Origin: Bispira polyomma
Taxonomy: Eukaryota
Assembly: GCA_965649765.1 (NCBI GenBank)
Contig: OZ287756.1
Location: 43,462,001 to 43,526,000 of the forward strand
Length of the DNA: 64,000 bases
Reading direction: 5' to 3'
In this document: piece after piece, positions 27,401 to 39,400 of the stretch
Layout of the letters: each line of letters starts with the position of its first letter
How positions within the stretch are numbered: position 1 is the stretch's first letter
Made by a program: the position numbers and the translations under genes
The notes under the pieces: generated by a model
Database searches by the model: none
What the model was told of the DNA's origin: nothing
Seen by the model: only the letters and a program-made list of their open reading frames with translations

Positions 27401-30400
27401 ATGTGTTGACCTCTGGTGACGTCATATGTAGCAGGGTTCCCCCTCCTGTTTGACACTCTGCCAGAGCCTCTGTAAATGTGTGGACATTTGTCACCATCCA
27501 GTAACACAGGCTAGTAGAGGGAAGGATGGTGGTGGTACAGGGACTAGAGACTGAAAGTAAAAAGGATAAATACAGTATAGTAGAAGTAGTTTAGAATGAG
27601 CAAAACACCCTGCTGATTATGGGTTGGTTGCTTTGGCAACCATGCTGGGGTGGTTGCTATGGTAATGTGACAAATGTGCGACAAATTGTCACCAATTCAA
27701 ATGGTAGATGGTAAACTGTGTAACTTTGTGTGACAAATTGTCACAAGGTATGCGACAAATTGTTGCAAGCTGTGCGACAAATTGTCGCAGGGATTAGTGT
27801 GCGGATTTGTATGCACCTGAGAATTTGTGACAATTTGTTGCAAGCAGTGTGATTGATTGATGCAAGTTATGCGACAAATTGTCGCATGTGTATTGCCAAT
27901 GTGCGTTGCCGATGTGTGCTACTGATGTGCAAAGACACATATGTATTGATTTTGGGGATATCTCAGTGACTAGTGTGGTGATTTTGATTTTGTAAAGATC
28001 ATTAGAAAACACAGGTCAAGGGCTACAAGCAGGTATGTATTATATATCTGTGCATTGAATAATTATTGAGATATAATTTTTTTTATTTAAAAAATGAATG
28101 AATGTGGTCCTCTATAAAGGGTTGTTTATATACCGACTTTTCAGACCTCAAGGCAAGACAGTGTTAAAAATCCGTGCCTGTGAGCCATTTTCTGTTCATT
28201 TATACCAAATTATTTCAGACTTCAGGGAATGACCCATATTACTAGCTGCAAAGCAAAACCTAGGATGAATTTTACAGGTCACGTGACTGTATTAAGGTGA
28301 AGGTTGGCCGGCATAAAGAATGAAAAAATTAAATGTTCATTCAAACTGTTTATTTAAACATTATCTTAACATTCAATTTACATTCAAAGTTTATTTTCTT
28401 TGACAATAATATTAACATTGTTGATAACATTTATTTTCTTTGATAATAGTATCTTTCTTCATCTTCCAACACATTGGCTCTCAGTCTCATATGCTCAGGA
28501 GTTTCTTGCTTAAGATCGATGAACAAATAGCTGTAGGGTCCCAAGGACATCAGTCTGTCATACACAAGGTCCATATACTCTGGATCTTTGAGGTCCATCT
28601 GTCTGGCTAAATGTTAAATCTGACTGGCATCTCGTGGATTCTTGAACAGTACCATATAATGTGTAGTCAAACTGATTGTTCTCTGGTATTTACTTTGGTG
28701 AAACACATTTTGGGTCACCACAATGACAGAAATGTTGTGGTGATGACTGTCATTAGTAAACAACTCAGTCACTCCACTTTTCAAGCGATCCATCATGTCA
28801 TCTAAAATAAGGAAGCAGGACTCTAATTCCACCAAATAACCTTTAATGGCGGTTGATATATCTGTTTATCTTTAACTTGCAATAACTTTTTTAAAAATGT
28901 GGTTTTACCACTTCCTGGTGGGCCAGCCACCAAACATGTAAATGGATGTATTATTTTAGGTAGCGCTACCACGTTATAGCCATCCTAATCTACTCTAAGA
29001 GTTGGATATGTATCTGTTGCTCTGACCTTCTGTGGAGGTGTGGAGATGTAGAGGTTCCACATATGGAGGTGTGGAGATGTGGAGGTTCCAAATGTGGAGG
29101 TGCAGAGATGTAGAGGTTCCACATGTGGAGGTGTGGAGATATGGAGGCTCCACATGTGGAGGTGTGGAGGTTCCACATGTGGAGGTGTGGAAATGTGGAG
29201 ATACCACATGTGGAAGTTTCATATGTGGTGGTAGAGAAATGGCTGATGTGGTGAAACCATTTTGCTAAACATAAACCACTCAACTAAAATGAATATATAT
29301 GTTAAACAAAAACAAAACCATCATTACATTAAAATTACAATAATCACTTAAGTATAATCAAAAGAAAGTAAATACTTTAACAAGTAATACTCTTTTAGAC
29401 AATGTGAATTAGGCATTTTTTAAAGATTTTTTTAGTGTCATTTAATAAATTCAGAAATAAAGATCAGTTAGAAATGCTAAACCAAAAAATTTCAACACTT
29501 TAAACAATAACCACTTAACTAAAAAAATTTAAAAAAAAACAAAAACCAAACACTGTCACAACAAACACTTAACTGTTATAAAGATAAATGTTTTTTCTCA
29601 TTATTATTACATTAAATCGGTAAAAACTAGATGCTAAAATACTAAATGCAAAAACAAAATATTTAGTCCCCACTAACATTTTTTTTATATGATCAATTAA
29701 TAATTTATAAGTAATTCTATAAAGTACTCTGCAACTGAACATCATTGTAAGTACATTTTCTGGCAAAATGTTAAAAAACTGTGTTTACTCTTTGAAGAGA
29801 GGTGGTAACCCATAGGAGTCGAAGTACAGCTCATCTCCTTGCTCGTTGATACTAAGCACTACCCAGTGGGTTCCTTATTTTGAGGACAATCTGTGTTGCA
29901 GATAAATACACATCTCGCTTTTGGACATCTGAGTTGGTCTCTGGAAAACACACCAACATCCCATTTTGTAGGCTTGAAAGTTTGTTGTAGATTTTGAAAT
30001 TCTGCTGTATTCATCGTACAGTGTGAAATTGGTCACAACGTCTTTGTAACGATCAATTTCAATTGTGTTTTCAAATTCTCAAAACCCAACAATATTCATT
30101 CTGTTAAAGCTTTCTTAAAATGGAGCTCTAGAGCAACTGTGCCAGTTTTTCTGAAATTGACATAACCTCCCCCTTCTTCTAAATCGGGTGGCAAATCAAA
30201 ACATATCAAAATGTAACCCTTTTTATATTCTTCTCTGTCAATGTGATTCCCTTCGTCCTGATAGATGGTCCCCATGCCGGAAAATAGAGTCATGTAGCAA
30301 CTCATGTAGTCATCTGTGTCGAAGTCAGGTTGCAGTTCCTTGCCAGGAAATAGTGTTCCACCTACACTGAGAATGTTCCACATCATACTGGAATGGATTT

Positions 30401-33400
30401 GTTTTGTAGGTTCCGTTGATGCCACTGTTCTTTAGAAATCCCAACACAATGCGTTTAGGAATTTGACCAGAATACAGGTTTTCTTCAGTATGAGTTTTGG
30501 TTCCTATTCCCACTAATTCACCAATTCTCCTCTGGTGATTGGATATTTAGCAGTTCCTAGTTCTAGAGCCTTCACGTGTGCAGCCTGGATGACAGAGCTG
30601 ATCTCTACTTTTCTGATTATCATTTTGACACTTTCTGATTTCACTTTGAAGTTGGCAGCATCAATTGGGCTGATGAGACAGAACTTGTCCTTACTTCTGG
30701 TTAAACGTAACTTCTTTGGGGTGTAATTCAGCAGGTAACGGTCTTAAAACTTCAGGTCCAAGTGCATTTTTCCCATCATGTCGACCAGGTTACTCTTTTT
30801 GGCTAGTTCCTTTCTTTTTTTGTATCCATTGTTGGTGTCATCCAGAGAAAAGTTGTTGGTGCCTTTGTACCACATTGATGCAGTCAGTTGACTTTCTTTA
30901 CTCTCTGTACCAAAACTTAGCAGAGCTTCTATACAAGCCTTATAAGGGTAGGTGTTGTTGGAGGTGGCTACCAAAGTGTCTTTTAATGTGACATCTATCT
31001 GACTGAATAGGCGAGCAGCTAAAAATTCACTGGGGCTACATCTGCTGCATCAGCTAAATTGGTGCAGTCCTGGTTTACAATTTTGGCTTTAACGTAAATG
31101 AAACTGTTTTTCAGACCAATGTACTCAGAATCTAATTCAGCTATTTTAAATTCAATGGTATCACTGCTGTCTTTCACCACTGTCACAGGTCCATATTCGA
31201 CCCATTTTCCCTCTTCAATGCTGGTCTGAGTGAGGGGTATAGCAAACAGATCTAACTCTGTTTAGGGCACTCGCAAGACAAGGGGTGTATCAGAGGCATG
31301 GTTTTGTAGTATATATCTCTTCTTCTCCTTTTTCTGGAAGGTCCTTTCTCTTTGAACACTTTGGATGAAATGACGGGTCTTGCCCGAGGGGGTCCCTTTC
31401 ATCCCTTTCCAAGTAATCCTGTGCCAAACCTACTCCTGCGGTCAAGGCCTTCTTACCCAATGATTTTTCCAGTGCAATGGCTCCTTTCTTTAACAGAGGT
31501 GGAGCTACTCGAACAAGCCCTTTAAACAAGATACTCAACCTGTGACCCCTCCGATATCATGAACTTTGAAATTCTGATAGTCCGATTCCAACTTGACTTG
31601 TATAATATTCATTGTATGCCTTATGTGTAGAATTATTGCAGAGGTAGCCTTTGTGTTTCATTTTTGATGAAAGTGGAGTGCCACCAATAACTTTCCACCA
31701 ACAAATGGAATGATTTCATCTGTGTCGTTCTTTATGTTGCTTTTCACAGACCCAAAGACTTCCTCAGGGATATGGAATACTTGATTGTACGATGTGGTGA
31801 TAATATGCCCTTTCTGGATAGGAACAATTCTAAGAAGAGGAACTTTAGCATCTCCCACTGCCACAGGTTCGATTAAATCACAATAGATGTATAGATTGCG
31901 TGTTTCATCTTGAATATCAAATGGGTACTTCGATTTTCCATCTCCGGGCAAAAAGGGACCGGTTTGGTAAACCCTGGAATTTCACTTAATCTTTTGGAAA
32001 GGGTTAGTTTGGGTTCCACCTGTGGTTCATTAGGTGTATTTCTTGTAATCTGAAGTCTTGACTCTGCTCCTAACATTTTTTTAAATATCTGATCAAGTCT
32101 TCCATGTTGTTGTAAATGCCTTCTGGAATAGAAATTTCCTTGTCACCCACTTGGACAAATTGTTCTGAGGGGACATTATGCCATGTTTTTGTACACTAAA
32201 TTTTCATAAGTCCCACTTCCCATTTGCCAGACAATTCGCAGGGTTGAGCCAGGGGAATAATATACTATCCTGCAGTATTCCCTACATGCTTTGTATAACT
32301 CGGTAAATATACATAGAGGTCTTTCATGTTGCAGTGTTTACAGCAGTGTTCACATTAAACTGAATGCATCATCAAAAGTGTAAGCCTTTTTATACACTCT
32401 CCCATTTATACTTCTTCAATTTTGGTTCCTTTTCTGGTGGTTCCAGCTCTGGTTCCATTTCTGGTTCCGTTTCTAGGAACATTTCTGGTTCAATCTCTGG
32501 TGACTGAAAATGAGGTCCCATACCTAACAATGAGGCTGGAATATTAGAATTTTGTAGCAAAATAAGGCCAGCCAGTAGGCATTTTTCTTTTTTTCCTTGA
32601 GTTCGAATGGCTGTGTTAATTAAATCAGTAATATGTGATCCAGTAATAGGCTGATTTTCATCTGTCAAAATTTCACCATCTGTCATTCCAACTTAAAGTG
32701 CCTTTTAACTATTGATAGAGACTCCGTAAAGATGTAGGCAGTCTTATTTTCAGGTCATCTTCTAGATCTTCTGTTTTAACCTGTGTTTCCAAAAGTTTTT
32801 CGCCAGGGCGAAATACTGTATCTTTTTGTTGTTGATCATTGGCTTTGAGCCGGGTCATTGACTGATTGTACAGTTTCATTTTTTTCTGACTGTTCCATAT
32901 TGGTATTTTCTAACAGGTCAGCCATATCCTTTTCTAATCTCACCATGGCTGTAGCGGCTGTCCCTACTTTATTTACACAGGCCATGCTACCTAATAAAGC
33001 TTTGGGAATAACAACCATTTTAATATATTTGTTCATCGTTTAAATAATCCAATAAATTTTTCAGCATTTGGGGTGTAAGAGTCCCTAAAATAGGAGCTTG
33101 TAAGGCTGGCAAGAATTTCCCTGTTTGTAAGATATCCTTTTTTCTCTAATCAGAGGTTTGTTTCTTCCTCAACTCTCGCAGTTCTTCTTTGTACTTTCCT
33201 AACTTTTTCTTTTCTGTTAATCCCAGTGGAATATTTCCTTCAGGTAGATTGTGAGCACACTCAACGAAAGAGTGTAGGAGAGCTTTGTCTGCACCACGTA
33301 TAACATATTTTGTTGCTTTGGAATCACCTTTGGCCAAAATCTGTAAAATATATTTATTCTTTTTTCACATCAGACATGTTGACTGCATGACATTGGTCAG

Positions 33401-36400
33401 TAAAATAAAGAACAATACTGATGTTCCCTTCTATTTATACTGATATCTTGTGACTTCTTTGGCAGGTATCCACAAGTCATATTTTGGTGGCCATTGTAAC
33501 CATAGTACCAAAAACTTCTTTTTGACGCCCTTTAAATTTTTGGCTCTTAAGAATTTTTTCCACTTTATAATACTCGCTGGCAACGGCTTTCTATAACCCT
33601 TCTTCGTAAAAAGTTCCTTCAATGGATTCGCCTGCATAAATTTTCACTTTGTAGGTAGGATAGCTTTGAGACCTCAGTCTCTATTTATTATTTTAAAAAG
33701 TTCACCACTCTATCTCTGATCGCATTCTCTACTAAATGTTTTTCTGCCATGTGATATTCTGACAAGATCCCCAACATTAAATTAAAACTTTTTTTTCTTG
33801 AAATTTTTCCTTGATGGCTCAAGTTGTTTGCCGTTACTTTGGCTGGGGCCATTTTTTTAGAACGAGGTACATTCTGGTTGTAAGCATCGGTAATATCTTG
33901 CAACACTTTGATGTACCTATAGGATTGTTGGTAAGTAAAGTATTTGTAAATTTTTAATGGTCTTAATAGCTCTTTCAGCACAATTTGTGGGGCCGCCGTG
34001 GCCTAGTGGTTAGCAAGCATTGCGCTTCACAATCACTGGTCTCTCACCTCTGGGCGGCGTGAGTTTGAATCCCGTCGATGCTTATGTGGGAAAGGTGGTA
34101 GTTCCTTACTGTTGGCCGCTTGTTTCAGTGCAGAACCTAGATCAACTGTATGCAGTGTTTCTTCCAGCGTTTCCAACTACCCGTCCCAATATAACATAAA
34201 TAGGTACTAGAGTGGACGTTAAATATCCCAATTTAAAAAAAAAAAAAAAATTCAGCGTAATTTGCATTGACTTCATTTTGCGTTGCAAAATGTCGAACAG
34301 AATGTGTTTTAAATTACTGCTGCACTTTATAACCTGTAAGCTTGGTCCCTTTACGGACCGCATGGTTTCTGGTGTCCTTTCCTTGAAAACCAATGAGAAA
34401 GCACAAACAACTTCATCTCCAGATTTGTTCTTCAAAGGCACTGTCCACACATACCGTGAAAATATATCTATGGCTAACAGAACAAAATGGTCAATGTCAT
34501 TGTATTGGGCAATTTTGGTCATATCCATCAGGTCAACATCTCACTGCTGATCTATACTCCCTGCAATGACTTTTATTTTTTTAATAGTCCTTCTTGCAGG
34601 TTTGCAATAAGTCTCTTCTCCACTTAACCAGGATTTCACATCTGTTAGGGTTACAGAGCGGTCTTCTTTTATTGCAGCCTCAAAAAGCTTTTGGGGCCCA
34701 GAAAAACTAGCAGGATGGGCAGGATTAAAGTAAATTTAAGTAAGAAGTTTGTTCATTGTTTCTTTTGTATAGTGGGACTTGGCAGAGAATAACCCAGAGA
34801 TGAACTCAATAACTGCAACCAGACTTCTCGGTTGTGCTGATTAATCGTTGGAGCCACAAATTTCACTAACGATTTCTTACAGAAGTTATCCATTAGGAGT
34901 TATCCATTAGATTTTCAGTGCACAAATGACTTGAAATTATGTATGTTGCCTGTATATATACATTTCAGGACACAATAACTATTTTGAGCAGTGAACATAT
35001 CATGTGGACCATTATGTGTATTACCTGTTAATATGTATATTTCAGGAGTTTTTTAGGCATTGAAACATAACATGTGGATATTACTGAACCTCAAATTTAT
35101 TATTAATGGCTAAAACAGAAACATCAAATGTCGCACAACTTGCGACAATTTATCGCACACCTAGCAACAATTTGTTGCACAAATTTAAACAGGTTTACCC
35201 ATCTATCATTTAAATCTGCTACAATTTGTCGCACAGCTTGCGACAATTTGTCGCACAGTGTGCGACAATTTGTTGTACAGCTTGCATCAATGTTTAGCAT
35301 CACCATAGCAACCAACACCAAATCAGCAGGCTGTTCGGGGGTGTTTTGCTCACTCTATACTAATAGCAGAGCACACTAATTTTGTACATGAAGTGGGGAC
35401 TGGAAGTGAAAGGGACTCAAATTAGTAGAGGGGAGGGACATAGTGCAGGGGCTAGAGACTGGAATTAAAAGGGACTTATAACAGTAGAAGGGAAAGTTAT
35501 GGCAATAACCCCCCCCCCTTAAAAATACTAGAGAGTAAACGAGGTGTCACATATAAAAATTATTAATATTCACCTATATAATGGATGTACCTCTTTAATT
35601 TTACAATTATCTCACTTTACACCTATGTCTTGCCTCCCCTTGTCCTATTCTTATTCAGGTCATCTAGGCCCCACTTGGTCTATATATTGGCTCTCTACTT
35701 TTACTTCTAAAGCTATCTTACTCTACACCCATACCCTTACATTTCCTCTTCTTGATCTTATTTAGGTCATACAGCAGCTGTATACCTTTAGGTCTATAGC
35801 TATCTCATTCCAAACATATATTCAACCTCCCATCTTCCTCCTCCTCTGTCTGCAATATAAGTTATCCAGGCCACCTGTGACCTACTTAATAACTGTATAC
35901 CATTACGTCTACAGCTATCCAACTCCAACATCTACCATACCTCCCCTCCTCCTACCATCTTCCTCCTCTTCTGTCCCCAATCTAGGTCATCTAGGCACCA
36001 TGTGACCTAGATAACAGCTGCATACCTTTACTTCTACATTTATCTCATTTCACGCACATATATCCTACCTTGTCTATTCCTCCTTTGTCTCCAATCTAGG
36101 TCATACATGCACCATGTGACCTGTATAATAGCTGTATCCTTTTATTTCTATAGCTATCCCATTCCACATATCTACCATACCTTGCCTCTTCCTCCTTTGT
36201 CTCTGGTCTAGGTCTTCCAGGCACCATGTGACCTACATAATAGCTGCATACCTCTACTTCTATAGCTATCTCATTCTAGACATATACCATACCTGCCCTC
36301 TTCATCCTCCTCTTCTGTCTCCAATTCAGGTCATCCAGGCCCCACCTTGCCAGTAGGGTACTCAGCCTGGCACTGAGGTACAGTTTTGACTTCTTTACTG

Positions 36401-39400
36401 GGTTGACATTGCACACACTGATTGCTGGGAAGTCTAGTTCTCTATGTTGTGTCCACTCTATGTCCACAGTCACCTGACAGATGTAAATGCTTAGATTTTA
36501 GATTTAATATCAAGTGCAGCCAGATATTGTTTTCACTCTGAATGGGGTGCGGCCATGTTGGAAACTGCCAACATGTTGGAAATAATATGTAAATCTTTCA
36601 TGGATTGCTTTGAAACAATCAACCCGGTCAAATTGAAAATAATATCTAAGGCCTTCGAATGAAGGGTGCAAGGAAATCTTTCTAAAATTTGTTTTCTGTT
36701 CTTTAAACAACTGATAAAGACTGCTGGGACCCAAAATATAATATTTTATCAACAATTTAGATTAAATGGAACTAGCTCCATGGTTCAAAAGAAGTCGACG
36801 AAGCCAAGACACTTTAAGTCCTTAAATAAAGCAGTTGAGGTCTATCATTTTCAATCCTCCTTGTAAGTATCTCTGGGTCAATTGTTTTCTTTTGATTTTA
36901 TCCGGTTTACCATCCCAAATGAACTTATAAAAATATTTGTTCAGCTGCCATTCAATTCAATTTTAGGATTTGGAATAGTAATGAAGCGATGATAACATTT
37001 TAGTAAGATTATAGTTTTTAATACTGTGATTTTCCCTATTTGTGTTAAATACCGGCTCATCCAACTGTTCAAAAGTTTTTCTACTTTTATTAATACCAGT
37101 TTATAGTTGAGATCAACAACATTATCCAAGTCAACTGATAATAGTATTCCTAATAATTTTGCTGCCAACAGAAAATCAGTTGTGCCATCTAACATTAGGA
37201 TCGTGTCAGCAGCAAACTGTGTTAGCTTTAGTTCATTTTGACCAATTGTTATTACTTTAATACTTTTGTTTTGCTCAACCAGAATTAATATCTGTGCACA
37301 GAGAATAAATAAATATGGTGCTACTGGGTCTCCATGTCTGCAACCTTTTCAATCTTTATAAAATCAGACAATATACCACATTGCATCACAGTTGCCTTAA
37401 TATTTTTATGGAAAGTTTTAATCAAATGTATTATACTAATACCAAAACCTAAGAATTTTAATACTGAATATAGGAACCTCCATGAAACAGAATCAAAAAC
37501 TTTCTCAAAGTTAACAAGCATCAGAAGCCCTGGAATATTTAAATGCTCGGTAAACTGTATTATGCCGTATATTAAATGAGTGCAGCCACCTATTTAACAG
37601 CCGCTAATAAATCCTGACTGATTTTTTTATATAAGTTTTCGAAAAAACTTTTTTATTCTATTAGCAATGGCAGTAGAGCCAATTTTGTAAAAAACAGACA
37701 GTAAGGATATAGGACGCCAATTTTTTAAGAATTCTCTTGGTTTGTCACCCTTGTGTGGACAACTTATTTATGCATTGGCCTAATGAAATAGACATTTCTC
37801 CACTTTTGTAAGCATAGTTCAAAGCTCTGAGAATAAAAATTTTAGTTACTCCCAAAATACTTAAAAAAATTCCGCAGGAAAACCATCTATATCAGGACAT
37901 TTTCAATTTTTCATTGATTTTAGAACGTCACTAAGTCTGTTACCATCTAGAGGCCCTTCAAGTTCAAGTAATTCACTTTCTGATAATTGATTTATATTAT
38001 TGTTTTGAAATAATATTTTCAAAATTTATTTCAGTCAAAGATTAATCATTATTTTTAAATAATAATTAATAAAAGTTTTTTAGTTCTAATAAAATTTTGT
38101 TTTGATCTGTGATGATCTGACCATCTGATCTTAGTACATGTTTTACTGTTTTTTCAAGACAATATTTGGAGGGTTTCTCTCGGTCTTTTAACCATTGGGT
38201 CCTAGATCTTATAGCTATCCCTTTGACCTTTTCATCTCTTATTACTTGCAATTCTTTCTTTTTATCCTCAAACAGATCAAAATTACATAAATTACGTAAT
38301 CTTTTTCTAGCATTTCAATATCAGCCATGAGCTCTTTTTCTTTCGTATTCAAGCTCTTTTTTAACCTTGAAGCAAATTTTACCGTTTCACCTCTCATTTT
38401 TAGAAGCAATAATTCAAGGAATAGACAGGTCATTTATTATCAATTTCAAGTCTGTATCTGAGATCTTATCAAAGTTTTCAAAGTTATAAACTGGAACAGT
38501 GGACTCTTGCTTTTCAGTTTCTATTAATGTGTTTATCATCCTGAACAGTTAAACTTCCATACTCCTTTGCCTCTTTCATATTTGCAAAGAAACAGGTTTA
38601 ATTCAATTATTGAATGATCTATGCGATAGCCAGGCCTTATGTTATAGTCATTTATTAGATGTAGTAGTGAATTTGAAGCAATAAAATAATCTAACCACGC
38701 TTGCTGCATTTGAGTTTTCCTTCGCCATGTATATCTTTTACTATTTGGATGAAAGTATCGAAATGCGTCAGTCAAGCTACAAGCGTTTATCGTGTGGAGT
38801 AAAGAGTTGTGAGCTTTAGGGTTATTGATGTATTTATAGCTTCTAGTGTCAACTGAGGGTTCTAATGCTAAATTAAAATCGCCCCATATTATTATATAGT
38901 CCTGCTGACTTATAATGATCATTTCTTGAATGTTTTTATAGAAATCAGGTGAGTCTCTATTTGACGCGTAAATATTAATAATTTTAATGGAGAGATTACT
39001 TAACTCCAAATCAAGAGAGATAAGATTTCCACTGTCATCACTGAAGACTGATTGTATTTTATGTTCGAAATTGCCTTTAAGCAGAATTGCAAGCCCTCTT
39101 GCATTGGACCTTCGACCATTTAACATGCAATCGCCCCTCCAAATTTGTTTATTTGATTTCACATATGTGTCCAACAAATGTGTGTCTTGTAGACAAATTG
39201 TTCCTGCTCGCAAATTTTTTAAATAATGTAAAACATCTGTTCTTTTTAATGTCTCTTAAGCCTCGACAGTTTACTGACAACACCTTAAGATTATCTCCTA
39301 TAATGATATTTCTGAATGGTTCGATTCTCTATTAACAGCATTATGACATAATAAGAATTTACCTCAAAGTACAAACATTTGATGTGGTTTATTCCAGATA

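Larger units (their letters stand above)
27585..35364 (-). mobile_element. Polinton/Maverick (adintovirus-like) endogenous element, 7.8 kb, decayed, lacking pPolB
   Basis: TIRs start AGTAGT-TTAGAATGAGCAAAACACCC and ATTAGT-ATAGAGTGAGCAAAACACCC; 6-bp TSD AGTAGA/AGCAGA; carries integrase, minor and major capsid, adenain and A32 ATPase relics. Confidence 0.92.

Noticed and set aside
27675-27890. CRISPR-like array of palindromic repeats
   Set aside because: Eukaryotic context, spacers of only ~4-5 nt, no cas genes, and the array lies inside Polinton TIRs.
28985-29283. Four overlapping His/Pro/Thr-rich ORFs
   Set aside because: By-products of a stop-poor tandem repeat; no domain evidence, although one frame could be a repetitive Polinton ORF.
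33988-34080. tRNA gene (A and B boxes)
   Set aside because: It is the head of a SINE with body, poly(A) and TSD; no proper cloverleaf is evident.
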